Shown: positions 8,647-19,921 of the stretch, one piece after another
Layout of the letters: the number at the start of each line of letters is the position of its first letter
How positions within the stretch are numbered: position 1 is the stretch's first letter
Source: Actinomycetes bacterium
GTDB taxonomy: Bacteria; Actinomycetota; Actinomycetes; JBBQFP01
Assembly (NCBI GenBank): GCA_038322045.1
Contig: JBBQFP010000007.1
Location: 21,924 to 85,923 of the forward strand
Direction of reading: 5' to 3'
Length of the DNA: 64,000 bases
The notes under the pieces: model-generated
What the model saw: only the letters and a program-made list of their open reading frames with translations
Told to the model about the DNA's origin: nothing
Database searches by the model: none
Program-made: the position numbers and the translations under genes

Positions 8647-8685
8647 GCTGATCGCGCGAGATGCGTGCCAACGGCGGAGGTCCCG

Positions 8686-9465
8686 GTGCTGTACTGGTTG
8701 TTCAAGTGGGTTCTGCTCGGTCCGCTCCTCAACATCATCTTCCGGCCATGGGTCGAGGGACTGGAGAACGTCCCTGATGAGGGGGCCGCGATCCTCGCGA
8801 GCAACCACCAGTCCTTCTCCGACTCGATCTTCCTTCCGCTCATCCTCGAGCGTCGGATCACCTTCCTCGCCAAGTCCGACTACTTCACCGGGCGAGGGGT
8901 CAAGGGACGGCTGACGGCAGGGTTCTTCAAGGGCGTCGGTCAGCTGCCGGTGGACCGCTCGGGCGGTCGCGCGTCGGAGGCGGCGCTGCGGACCGGCCTG
9001 CGCGTCCTGCGGGCCGGCAAGCTCCTCGGCATCTACCCGGAGGGCACCCGCTCGCCCGACGGCCGGCTCTACCGCGGCAAGACAGGCGTGGCGCGGATGG
9101 CCCTCGAGGCGAAGGTTCCCGTCATCCCCGTGGCCATGATTGACACCGAGAAGCTCCAGCCTCCGGGGCAGGTCATCCCCAAGGTCATGCGGCCCGGCAT
9201 CCGGATCGGCAAGCCGCTGGACTTCAGTCGGTACGAGGGCATGGAGAGCGACCGCTTCGTCCTGCGATCCATCACCGACGAGATCATGTACGAGCTCATG
9301 GCGCTCTCGGGCCAGGAGTACTCCGACATGTACGCCAACAAGGCCAAGCTTCTCATCGCCGAGGCGCGCAAGGCCGAGAAGGCCGCCGAGAAGTCGGCCG
9401 AGAAGTCGGCCGAGAGGACCGTGGGGTCGGTCGACAAGGCGGCCGACGAGCCGCCCGCGGCCTGA
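8686..9465 (+). CDS. plsC: 1-acyl-sn-glycerol-3-phosphate acyltransferase family protein
   Basis: ORF 8665..9465. Start preferred at GTG 8686 (GGAGG SD 5 nt upstream). HX4D motif NHQSFSDS and YPEGTRS. Low-complexity AEKAAEKSAEKSAE tail. Confidence 0.85.
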   Translation: MLYWLFKWVLLGPLLNIIFRPWVEGLENVPDEGAAILASNHQSFSDSIFLPLILERRITFLAKSDYFTGRGVKGRLTAGFFKGVGQLPVDRSGGRASEAALRTGLRVLRAGKLLGIYPEGTRSPDGRLYRGKTGVARMALEAKVPVIPVAMIDTEKLQPPGQVIPKVMRPGIRIGKPLDFSRYEGMESDRFVLRSITDEIMYELMALSGQEYSDMYANKAKLLIAEARKAEKAAEKSAEKSAERTVGSVDKAADEPPAA

Positions 9466-9504
9466 CCCGGCCCTGACGACCCGCGCCCGCGCCGGGCCCG
9501 CGCC

Positions 9505-10335
9505 TCAGGCGGAGGCTGCGCGCAGCCTGTCGAGGACGAGGGGGTCGATGCTGCCCCCGACGAGGCGCATCTCGTAGTTCTCGCCCTCGGCCCACGCGGT
9601 GAGCGCCTCCGCGACCGGGCCGCCGAACCCGAGCGTGGCGAGCAGTCCGCTGACCTCTCCGGCCACGGGGCCCTCGAGCGGGATGAGCGTCGCGGGGTCA
9701 GGCGCAGAGAAGTAGAGCCGGTGCATCCTCAGCAGCCGGTCGAGCTCGTCGATCGGGCGGCTGTGGTCGTCGACGCGCAGGTCGACCTCGACATCGCTCA
9801 TCCCGCCGTAGCCGGCGCCGTCCCGGACGACGAGCAGGGCGGCGCTCTGACGTCCCCTCCGGTCGCCCCCGGCGTCGTCCCCCGCCCGCAGCGCGGCGAG
9901 CAGGCGCTCGGCGAAGCGGTTGGGCGCGTTGTCGGCCAGGAACGCCTCGACCATCCGGTCGACGACCTCCGGCCCGACGGCAATGTTCGTCTGGACGGCG
10001 TACCCCGGCCCGCTGCGGCCTCCCGCCCAGGGGTGGCACGCGTCACCGGTGAACGTCGCCGCGCCGCCGTCGCGGTCGACGACGCCTGCCTGCCGTGACG
10101 CCCGCCCCTCGTCTGCGTCGACGAGGCGACGCAGCGTCTCCTCGGCCGGCAGCCCCTGCGCGAGCAGACGCAGGCCCTCCTCGCGGTAGGAGAGGTTCGC
10201 GAAAGCCTGCGTGGCCAGCGCCCCGACGGCGGCGCTCGCCGCGGGGACAGCGGAGCCGACGGCGAGGAAGCGAGAGGCGACGGCGACGCCCCAGGAGGAG
10301 CCGGACCGGGATCGGGCCACGATGGAGAAGGTCAC
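9505..10335 (-). CDS. DUF1028 (Ntn-hydrolase-like) protein with C-terminal putative peptidoglycan-binding domain
   Basis: ORF 9505..10335. MTFSIVARSRSGS..GVAVASRFLAVGSAVP and GYAVQTNI are the characteristic DUF1028 opening. Confidence 0.7.
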   Translation of the reverse strand: MTFSIVARSRSGSSWGVAVASRFLAVGSAVPAASAAVGALATQAFANLSYREEGLRLLAQGLPAEETLRRLVDADEGRASRQAGVVDRDGGAATFTGDACHPWAGGRSGPGYAVQTNIAVGPEVVDRMVEAFLADNAPNRFAERLLAALRAGDDAGGDRRGRQSAALLVVRDGAGYGGMSDVEVDLRVDDHSRPIDELDRLLRMHRLYFSAPDPATLIPLEGPVAGEVSGLLATLGFGGPVAEALTAWAEGENYEMRLVGGSIDPLVLDRLRAASA

Positions 10336-10433
10336 GGCGGCGACCCTAGAGCAGGCTCCCCGCCAGCGGCCTCCCGTCCAGGCGTCGTCGTCCGCACCGT
10401 GGTCTCGGGAGCGAGCGGGACGCGGGCTCGCCG

Positions 10434-10445
10434 TACCCTGGCGGG
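10434..10445 (+). promoter_or_regulatory. -10-like TACCCT 6 nt upstream of the aroG GTG (candidate leaderless transcript)
   Basis: TACCCT at 10434-10439. No SD between it and GTG 10446. Confidence 0.3.
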
Positions 10446-11812
10446 GTGACGGCGACCCCTGACGTGCGCGACTCCTGGCGACGGTTCCCCGCGGCCCAGC
10501 AGCCCACCTGGCCCGACGCCGAGGCGCTGGCCCCGGTGCTCGAGGAGCTGGCCACCCAGCCGCCGCTCGTCTTCGCCGGCGAGTGCGACAACCTCCGGGC
10601 GCGGCTGGCCGAGGTCGCGGCCGGGCGCGCCGTCCTCCTCCAGGGCGGCGACTGCGCCGAGACCTTCGCCGGGGCCACCGCGGACGCGATCCGCGGGAGG
10701 ATCAAGACGGTTCTCCAGATGGCTGTCGTCCTCACCTACGGGGCCAGCCTGCCGGTGGTCAAGGTCGGCCGGATGGCAGGGCAGTTCGCCAAGCCGCGCT
10801 CCTCCGACCTCGAGACGCGCGACGGGGTCTCGTTGCCCGCCTACCGCGGCGACGCCGTCAACGGCATCGACTTCACCCTCGAGGCCCGTACCCCCGACCC
10901 GCGGCGGCTGCTGCGCACGTACAACACGTCGGCGGCGACGCTCAACCTCATCCGGGCGTTCACCCAGGGCGGCTTCGCCGACCTGCGCCAGGTCCACGCG
11001 TGGAACCAGGGCTTCGTGCGCGACACCGCCGCCGGCGAGCGCTACGAGCGGATGGCCTCCGACATCGAGAACGCCCTGGCGTTCATGGAGGCCGTCGGCG
11101 TCGACGCCGAGGAGTTCCGCAGCGTCGACTTCTACGCCAGCCACGAGGCCCTCCTGCTGGACTACGAACGCGCCCTGACGCGGATCGACTCGCGCACCGG
11201 GCTGCCCTACGACGTCTCGGCGCACCTCGTGTGGATGGGCGAGCGGACCCGCTCCCTCGACGGCGCCCACGTCGAGTTCCTCTCGACGATCCACAACCCC
11301 GTCGGCATCAAGCTCGGGCCGACGGCGGACCCCGACGAGGTGCTCGAGCTGCTCCGGCGGGTCGACCCCGACGAGCAGCCCGGGCGCATCACGCTCATCG
11401 TGCGGATGGGCGCCGGCAAGGTCCGCGACGTCCTGCCCGCGCTCGTCGCGAAGGTCGAGGCCGAGCGGCACGGCGTCGTGTGGGTGTGCGACCCCATGCA
11501 CGGCAACACCATCACCTCGCCGGGCGGGGTCAAGACGAGGCGCTTCGACGACGTCGTCGAGGAGGTCCGGGGATTCTTCGAGGTCCACCGCGAGATCGGC
11601 AGCTACCCCGGCGGTCTGCACGTCGAGCTCACCGGCGACGACGTCACCGAGTGCGTCGGCGGCTCGGGCCAGTTGGTCGACATCGACGACCTCGACGACC
11701 TCGCGCTGGCCAACCGCTACGAGACGGCCTGCGACCCAAGGCTCAACCACCAGCAGTCCCTCGAGCTGGCGTTCGTCGTCGCCGAGATGCTGCGCGACGG
11801 ACGGCGGGTCCG

Positions 11813-11816
<4 letters not shown>
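10446..11816 (+). CDS. aroG: Class II 3-deoxy-7-phosphoheptulonate (DAHP) synthase
   Basis: ORF 10446..11816. AAQQPTWPD..., LLQGGDCAETF, KVGRMAGQFAKPRS. Close to M. tuberculosis AroG as I remember it. Confidence 0.92.
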
Positions 11817-12850
<1,034 letters not shown>

Positions 12851-12996
12851 GCCCGCGCATCGCTCTCCGTCGACGTGCGTGCCCGAGCGACCCAGCGTCC
12901 AGATGGCGGTCATCGGGCTCGCATGCTGAGACGACTCCAGCGGGGTCGCACCCCCGCGCGCAGGGTGCCCCGGCGCCGCGGGGGTCGCGTGCGACG

Positions 12997-13644
12997 ATGA
13001 CCGGCGTGGGGGAGCCGCACGACGAGGTGGACGCGGGCTGGTTGCCGCCAGGGCAGCGCGAGGCGACGGGCTGGCCCGTGCGCCACTACGGCAGGGTGCC
13101 GCGCCACTGCGAGGCCGAGGGCTGGCAGGTGGAGCTCTCGGGCGCGCTGCGCTCCGGGGGTGCGGTGACCCTCGACGTCGCCGCCCTCGACGCGCTCGGG
13201 CGGGTCGATGTCGTGGCCGACCTCCACTGCGTGACCCACTTCTCGGTGCCCGGCCTGCGCTGGTCCGGCGTCCCCACGGCAGCTGTGCTCGCCGCGTTCC
13301 CGCCGGCCGAGGACGCCACGCACGTCATGGTGTGGGCGGAGTACGGCTACGGGGCGAACCTGCCGATCGCTGACCTCCGCCGTGCGCACACCGTCCTTGC
13401 GACGGCCGTCGAGGGTGAGCCGCTCCCGCCGGAGCGCGGTGGTCCGGTGCGCCTCGTCGTCCCGCACCGGTACGGCTGGAAGGGGCCGAAGTGGGTGCGA
13501 GGGCTGGAGTACCTGCGCGAGGACCGGCGCGGCTTCTGGGAGGAGCGGGGCTACCACAACCACGCGGACCCGTGGCTGGAGCAGCGGTACCGGTACCAGG
13601 AGCCGCACGGCCCTGACGCGGCGGACGGCGACAGCGCCGGCTGA
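12997..13644 (+). CDS. Molybdopterin-dependent (sulfite oxidase / YedY-like) oxidoreductase domain protein
   Basis: Tail of ORF 11956..13644 from ATG 12997. DLHCVTHFSVPGLRWSGV, GGPVRLVVPHRYGWKGPKWVRGLE, FWEERGYH. Confidence 0.75.
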   Translation: MTGVGEPHDEVDAGWLPPGQREATGWPVRHYGRVPRHCEAEGWQVELSGALRSGGAVTLDVAALDALGRVDVVADLHCVTHFSVPGLRWSGVPTAAVLAAFPPAEDATHVMVWAEYGYGANLPIADLRRAHTVLATAVEGEPLPPERGGPVRLVVPHRYGWKGPKWVRGLEYLREDRRGFWEERGYHNHADPWLEQRYRYQEPHGPDAADGDSAG

Positions 13645-13746
13645 TGCTCAAGGTCCCCACCAGTCGTGCCGATCGGTCCCCGACCGGAACCGGACGGCGA
13701 CCCACCCGGGACGGGACCTGACGACCTGGAGCTGGCGGTAGGACGC

Positions 13747-14646
13747 TCAGACCTCGAGGTGCGGCAGCCGGCCCTCGGCGCCGTGGCGCGGACCCAGCTC
13801 GACGAGGTACATGGCGGCGGCCACGAGCGCTGCCCCGACGAGCGTGCGCGGCGTGGGCCGCTCCCCGAGGACGAGCGCGAAGCCCATGGCGAACACCGGC
13901 TCCATCGTGAGGATCACGGCCGCCCGGGTCGGTGAGAGGTGCGCCTGCGCCCACGTCTGGACGACGAAGGCGAGCGCCGTCGCGAAGACCGCCGTGCCGA
14001 TGACCGCCGCCCAGACGCCGAGGTCCGGCGGCATGGCCACGCCGCCCGGTGAGGCGATGGCGAGGCAGAGGACGGACACCGTCCCGAGCTGGACGACGGC
14101 GAGGCCGTAGGCGTCGTGCTGGGCCGACCACTCCCCGAGCCCGACGATGTGGAAGCCGAACGCAAAGGCCCCGAGCAGGGTCAGCGCCTCGCCGGTGCCC
14201 ACCGAGAACCCGTGCAGCGCGAGCAGGGCCAGGCCCGTCGTCGCGAGCGCTACCCCGGCCCACGCCACGCGCGGCACCTGGCGACGGAGCAGCACCGCGC
14301 TGATGAGCGGGGTGAAGACGACGAACATGCCGGTGACGAACCCCGAGACGGTGACTGCGGTCGTCTGGAGCCCGTAGGTCTGGGCGACGTAGCCCGAGCC
14401 GAGCGCCAGGCCCAGGAGGACCCCGTGCTTGAGGCCGCGCCTGCCGAGCGCCTGCACGCTGCCCGGGCGCACGAGGAGCATGAGCATCGTCGCCAGGAGG
14501 AACCGGACCGCGAGGAAGTCCGCCGGTGGCATCCGCGCGATGGCCTCCTTGACGACGACGAACGTCGAGCCCCAGATCGCCGTCATCGAGACGAGGGCCA
14601 GTACGGCGATCGAGTCGGACCGTCGCGGCGCCAGGACGGTGCTCAT
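13747..14646 (-). CDS. DMT (EamA) family transporter
   Basis: ORF 13747..15030 trimmed to ATG 14646 (MSTVLAPRRSDSIAVLALVSMTAIWGSTFVVVK...). About 10 predicted TM segments in two EamA-like halves. Confidence 0.8.
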   Translation of the reverse strand: MSTVLAPRRSDSIAVLALVSMTAIWGSTFVVVKEAIARMPPADFLAVRFLLATMLMLLVRPGSVQALGRRGLKHGVLLGLALGSGYVAQTYGLQTTAVTVSGFVTGMFVVFTPLISAVLLRRQVPRVAWAGVALATTGLALLALHGFSVGTGEALTLLGAFAFGFHIVGLGEWSAQHDAYGLAVVQLGTVSVLCLAIASPGGVAMPPDLGVWAAVIGTAVFATALAFVVQTWAQAHLSPTRAAVILTMEPVFAMGFALVLGERPTPRTLVGAALVAAAMYLVELGPRHGAEGRLPHLEV

Positions 14647-15506
14647 CGGTCCCGCAGGCTCACGAGGAGGTCGACGTCGGCCCGGCGCTCGGCGTCGGAG
14701 CCGGGGGTCTCGATGACCATGGGGACGCCTCGGGTCGCGGGGTGGCGGAACAGCTCGGCGAAGGCGTCGGCACCGATGCGACCTGCACCGATGTTGGCGT
14801 GTCGGTCCTTGCCCGAACCGCAGGGGTCCTTGCTGTCGTTGACGTGGACGAGCCTGAGCGCTCCCCGGCCGGCGACCTTGACGACGGCGTTGAGGGTGCT
14901 GCGGACGCCGCCGGGTGCCGCGAGGTCGTGGCCTGCGGCGAACAGGTGGCAGGTGTCGAGGCAGACGCCGACCCGCGGGTGCGAGTCGAGGACGTCGAGG
15001 TAGGGGGCGAGCTCGTCGACACGCGAGCACAGCGCCTGCCCCTGCCCGGCGGTCGGCTCGAGGAGGAGGTCCGGTGCGCCCTCGGGCAGCGCGTCGAGCA
15101 GTGGCAGCAGCGCCTCGCGCACCTGCTTGAGCGCAGCGTCACGTTGGCCGCCGGTCACGGCCGACCCCGTGTGGACGACGACGCCCTGGGCGCCCACCGC
15201 AGAGGCACGCGCGAGCGTCGCCGCGAGCGCCGCCACGGAGTTGCGCAGCGTCGTCGCGGCCGGCGAGCCGACGTTGACGAGGTACGGGGCGTGGACGAAG
15301 GTCGGGATCCCCATCCGGGCGCACGTGTCGCGGAAGGTCGCGTCCTGCGCCGGGTCCCCGACCGGGACGGCCCACGCCCGCGGGTTCGAGACGAAGATCT
15401 GCACCGCCCGCGCCCCGAGGGCCTCGACCTGTGCAAGGCCGGTGCGCGCCAGCCCACCACCGACCTGGATGTGCGCCCCGAGCGGAGAGAGACGACGGGC
15501 GGGCAC
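14643..15506 (-). CDS. nfo: Deoxyribonuclease IV (endonuclease IV)
   Basis: ORF 14643..15506. GAHIQVGGG, VHAPYLVN, LLLEPTAGQG, VCLDTCHLFAAG, HVNDSK. 4-nt overlap with the downstream DMT gene. Confidence 0.9.
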   Translation of the reverse strand: MPARRLSPLGAHIQVGGGLARTGLAQVEALGARAVQIFVSNPRAWAVPVGDPAQDATFRDTCARMGIPTFVHAPYLVNVGSPAATTLRNSVAALAATLARASAVGAQGVVVHTGSAVTGGQRDAALKQVREALLPLLDALPEGAPDLLLEPTAGQGQALCSRVDELAPYLDVLDSHPRVGVCLDTCHLFAAGHDLAAPGGVRSTLNAVVKVAGRGALRLVHVNDSKDPCGSGKDRHANIGAGRIGADAFAELFRHPATRGVPMVIETPGSDAERRADVDLLVSLRDR

Positions 15507-15518
15507 CCGCCCATCGTC

Positions 15519-17423
15519 TCAGAAGACGGTGATGGTGATGGTCGAACCCCGGGGTTGCATGCCCGAGGGCGTGGCCCGCACGACGCGCCCCAGGAGCACG
15601 CCGAAGTGCGGCTGCCGCTCGACGGTCACCTGGAACCCCGCCGCTCGCAGAGCGGACGAGGCGCTCTGCTCCGAGATGCCCGTGACGGCGGGCACCCGGA
15701 CGAGGTCAGGCCCCTTGGAGACGACGTAGCTCACCGTCGAGCCCCTGCGCAGCGCCGTCCCGCGGTCGGGCTTCTGCGAGATGACGACACCCTTGGCGAC
15801 GGTGCTCGAGAACGCCTCGGACGACGAGCCCTTGAGTCCGGCCGAGGTGAGGGCGGCGGCGGCGTCGCGGGCGGTGGTCCCTACCAGCGACGGGACCGGC
15901 ACCGGTGCCGGGCCCTTGCTGACGACGACCGCAACAGCCGTGCCCCGCTTGAGCGGCGAGCCCGCGGCGGGATCGGTCGAGACGACCTTGCCCCCGGGCA
16001 CGTCCTCGGAGTAGCGCTGGGTCACTGTCCCGGGGCTCAGCCCGGACTGGGCCAGCACGGTGGCCGCCTTCGACCCGTCGGTGCCGTCCAGGGCCGGGAC
16101 CTTGAGCCGTTCCCTGCCCTTGGACAGGACGACCTGCACCGTGGCGGACTTGCGCGCCTGGGCGCCTGGGCCGGGCTGGGTCGAGATGACCGTGCCCGCC
16201 GCGGCGGACTCGTCGAACCGTGACCCGGCAACGGCCACGGTCAGCCCGGCAGCCTTGGCCTTCGCCTCGGCCTGCGGCTGGCTCAGCGTGAGCAGCGACG
16301 GCACGGTCGTCGCGGCCCCTGGGCCGCTCCCGGCGTACCAGGCCCAGAAGCCCAGCCCCGCTGCCGCGGCGAGGACCACGGCGGCGAGGACCCAGCCGAG
16401 CCCCCGGCGGCGTCGGCGACCCGGCAGGCGGGGCGCCGTGCGTGCCGGGGCCGCTGCGGGGCCCGCCGTCGCAGGCTTGTGGACTGGACGCGCGGTAGGG
16501 GCCGCGGCGAGCCCGGCCGCCGTGGCAGCGGGCGCGACGAGGGTCGCGTCCACCGGGTCACCGGTGCGGCCGCGCGCCTCGGCCAGGCCGGAACGGGTGA
16601 GCAGCGCGAGCAGGGCGGTGGCATCGGCTGGGCGTTCGGCCGGGTCGCGGCGGGTGGCCACCTCGACGAGCCGGTCGGCGGCCTCCGGTACTCCGGAGAC
16701 CCGGCTCGACGGTGCCGGCACCGTGGAGTGGACGTGCTGGTAGACGACGCTCATGGGGGAGTCGCCGACGTAGGGTTTCTCACCCGTGAGCAGCTCGAAG
16801 AGCAGGATGCCGGCGGCGTAGACGTCCGAGCGTGCGTCGCCGGTGCCGGTCTCGACCTGCTCCGGGGAGAGGTAGGAGACGGTGCCCGCGATGGAGCTCA
16901 TGGTCCGGGTGCTCGCCGCCGCGCTGATCGCCCGCGCCAGACCGAAGTCGGCCACCTTGACCCGGCCGTCGTCGGCCATGAGGACGTTCTCCGGCTTGAC
17001 GTCCCGGTGGACGATGCCGGCCCGGTGCGCTGCTCCCAGGGCGCTGAGCACGTGCTCCATGACCTGAGCCGCCTCGGGGGCCGAGAGCCGGCCACGGGTC
17101 TCGAGGACCTCGCGCAGGGTTCGTCCGGCGACGAACTCCATGACGAGGAAGACGACGGGGCCGTCACGGCCCTGGTCCATGACGGAGACGACGTCGGGGT
17201 GGCTCAGCGCGGCGGCGGCACGGGCCTCGGCGGCGAACCGACGGACGAAGCCCGGGTCGGCGGCGAGCTCGGAGCGCATGACCTTGACGGCGACCCGGCG
17301 CTCGAGGCGCAGGTCCATCCCGAGGTAGACGGTGGCCATGCCACCGGAGGCGATGACCCGCTCGAGCTCGTAGCGGGCGTCGAGGAGCCGCCCGACGAGG
17401 GGGTCCGCAGCCGTCGACGTCAC
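15519..17423 (-). CDS. Ser/Thr protein kinase with four extracellular PASTA repeats (PknL-position homologue)
   Basis: ORF 15519..17423. VAVKVM, HRDVKPENV, DFGLA, then a TM segment (VLAAVVLAAAAGLGFWAWYA) and four PASTA-like repeats. It lies between aroG and the Rv2175c-like gene, as pknL does in mycobacteria. Confidence 0.9.
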   Translation of the reverse strand: MTSTAADPLVGRLLDARYELERVIASGGMATVYLGMDLRLERRVAVKVMRSELAADPGFVRRFAAEARAAAALSHPDVVSVMDQGRDGPVVFLVMEFVAGRTLREVLETRGRLSAPEAAQVMEHVLSALGAAHRAGIVHRDVKPENVLMADDGRVKVADFGLARAISAAASTRTMSSIAGTVSYLSPEQVETGTGDARSDVYAAGILLFELLTGEKPYVGDSPMSVVYQHVHSTVPAPSSRVSGVPEAADRLVEVATRRDPAERPADATALLALLTRSGLAEARGRTGDPVDATLVAPAATAAGLAAAPTARPVHKPATAGPAAAPARTAPRLPGRRRRRGLGWVLAAVVLAAAAGLGFWAWYAGSGPGAATTVPSLLTLSQPQAEAKAKAAGLTVAVAGSRFDESAAAGTVISTQPGPGAQARKSATVQVVLSKGRERLKVPALDGTDGSKAATVLAQSGLSPGTVTQRYSEDVPGGKVVSTDPAAGSPLKRGTAVAVVVSKGPAPVPVPSLVGTTARDAAAALTSAGLKGSSSEAFSSTVAKGVVISQKPDRGTALRRGSTVSYVVSKGPDLVRVPAVTGISEQSASSALRAAGFQVTVERQPHFGVLLGRVVRATPSGMQPRGSTITITVF

Positions 17424-17509
17424 GTCATGAGTCTACGGTCGGCTCCAGCCGAGCGCCCCGGACGCGTGCCCGGCGTGCCGCGACCGTCACCTACGGGCTC
17501 GCCACGGCC

Positions 17510-18388
<879 letters not shown>

Positions 18389-18589
18389 TCAGCCTCCTTG
18401 GACAGCGACGAGGACCTCGACCCGGTCTCCGCGCCGGAGCATGGTCGTGGGCCAGGCCGACCGCGGGACGACGGCGTCGTTCATGGCCGCGGCGACCCCG
18501 GCGGGCGCGGCCTGCAGCCCCGTGACGATCACGTCGAGGGTCGTGCCCTCGACGACCTCGACCGTCGCACCGTTGACGACGACGGTCAT
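18389..18589 (-). CDS. thiS: Sulfur-carrier protein ThiS
   Basis: 66-aa tail of ORF 18389..19777 from ATG 18589: MTVVVNGATVEV...RGDRVEVLVAVQGG, with a C-terminal GG. 4-nt overlap with thiO. Confidence 0.85.
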   Translation of the reverse strand: MTVVVNGATVEVVEGTTLDVIVTGLQAAPAGVAAAMNDAVVPRSAWPTTMLRRGDRVEVLVAVQGG

Positions 18590-19755
18590 GCCGCAACCCG
18601 GGCGAAGCGGCTGACGAGGAACGGCCTGGCGGCGTCGGGGACCTCTCCGGTGGAGAGGATCTCGCTGACGAGGTCGGCGGTCACCGGGGTCAGGAGGATG
18701 CCGTTGCGGTGGTGCCCGGTCGCGAGCACGAGACCTGGAAGCTCGGTCGGGCCGAGCATGCAGCGGTTGTCCGGCGAGCCTGGACGCAGCCCTGCCCACG
18801 ACTCGACGAGGGTCGTCTCGGTGAGGCCGGGGACGAGGGTGTGGGCGTCGCGCAGCAGCTGGTAGACCCCGCCGGCGGTGACCGTCGTGTCCTCCCCCTG
18901 CTCCTCGACGGTGGCTCCGACGACGATCTCGCCGTTGGCCCGGGTCACGAGGTACACCGTCGAGCCGGCGACCACCCCGCGGACGGTGCGCCCGAGCAGC
19001 GGGTGATGGGGGTCGCAGCGCAGCCGGAGGATCTGCCCCTTGACCGGGCGCACCGGTGGCAGGACCTCCGGCGGGAGCCCGCCGATCGAGGCCGACCACG
19101 CGCCGGCGGCCAGGAGCACCTGCCCCGCCTCGACGACCTCGCCCCCGGCGCAGCGCACCCCCGCGGCACGGTCGGCCCGTACGAGGACCTCGCTGACCCG
19201 GTCGCGCACCACGCGCACCCCGGCCCGCTCGGCCGCGACGAGCACCGCGGAGGTGAGGGCCCGGTTGTCGACCTGGTGGTCCCCGGGGACGGTGAGCCCC
19301 CCGCGCACCGATGGCGCGAGCATGGGCTCCAGGCGCCGGACCTCCCGGCTCGTGAGCGGTTGGGAGTCCAGGCCCAGCGCGGTCTGGTACCGGTGGAGCT
19401 CGTCGAGGACGGCCTTGTCGCCGGCGTCGAAGGCCACCGCGAGCGTGCCGTTCGGCCGCCACCCGGCGTCCTCGCCGCTGGCCTCCTCGACCTCGGCGAC
19501 GAACCCCGGGTATCGGCGCGCCGACTCGATGTTGAGCGCGAGGAGCGACTCCTCGCCGTAGAACGCCTCCGAGACCGGAGCGACCATCCCCGCCGCGGCC
19601 CACGAGGCGCCCGTGCCCGGTGCCGGGTCGACGACGGTGACCGTCAGCCCGCGCTGGGTGGCACGCCATGCGGTCGCCAGCCCGATGAGCCCGCCGCCGA
19701 CGACGACGACGTCGGGTGCAAGAGGTCGCACGGAAGCTGATCGGTCGAGGTGCAT
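18586..19755 (-). CDS. thiO: Glycine oxidase ThiO
   Basis: ORF 18586..19755. FAD motif DVVVVGGGLIGLATAW. Order thiO-thiS-thiG behind a TPP riboswitch. Confidence 0.88.
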   Translation of the reverse strand: MHLDRSASVRPLAPDVVVVGGGLIGLATAWRATQRGLTVTVVDPAPGTGASWAAAGMVAPVSEAFYGEESLLALNIESARRYPGFVAEVEEASGEDAGWRPNGTLAVAFDAGDKAVLDELHRYQTALGLDSQPLTSREVRRLEPMLAPSVRGGLTVPGDHQVDNRALTSAVLVAAERAGVRVVRDRVSEVLVRADRAAGVRCAGGEVVEAGQVLLAAGAWSASIGGLPPEVLPPVRPVKGQILRLRCDPHHPLLGRTVRGVVAGSTVYLVTRANGEIVVGATVEEQGEDTTVTAGGVYQLLRDAHTLVPGLTETTLVESWAGLRPGSPDNRCMLGPTELPGLVLATGHHRNGILLTPVTADLVSEILSTGEVPDAARPFLVSRFARVAA

Positions 19756-19757
19756 CG

Positions 19758-19852
19758 GAGGCTCCCTTCGCCGGCATGACCCGGAGCAGGTTCGACGGTC
19801 GGAGGCCGGTGTGCCTCCCTCTCAGCCCGGTGTGCCGGGCTCCCGTGCCAGG
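19758..19852 (-). promoter_or_regulatory. TPP (THI-box) riboswitch in the thiOSG leader
   Basis: Minus-strand RNA: GGGAGCCCGGCACACCGGGCUGAGAGGGAGGCACACCGGCCUCCGACCGUCGAACCUGCUCCGGGUCAUGCCGGCGAAGGGAGCCUCCGAUG. It carries the hallmark CUGAGA, ACC..GAACCUG and CCGGGU.AUGCCGGCG.AGGGA elements. The 3' end contains the SD just before the thiO AUG. Confidence 0.88.
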
Positions 19853-19921
19853 CCCCGTCGAGTGGTCTCACCCGCCGGCGCCGTGCAGCGACGAGGGTAC
19901 GCCCTCTGGTTGGCTGCGACC

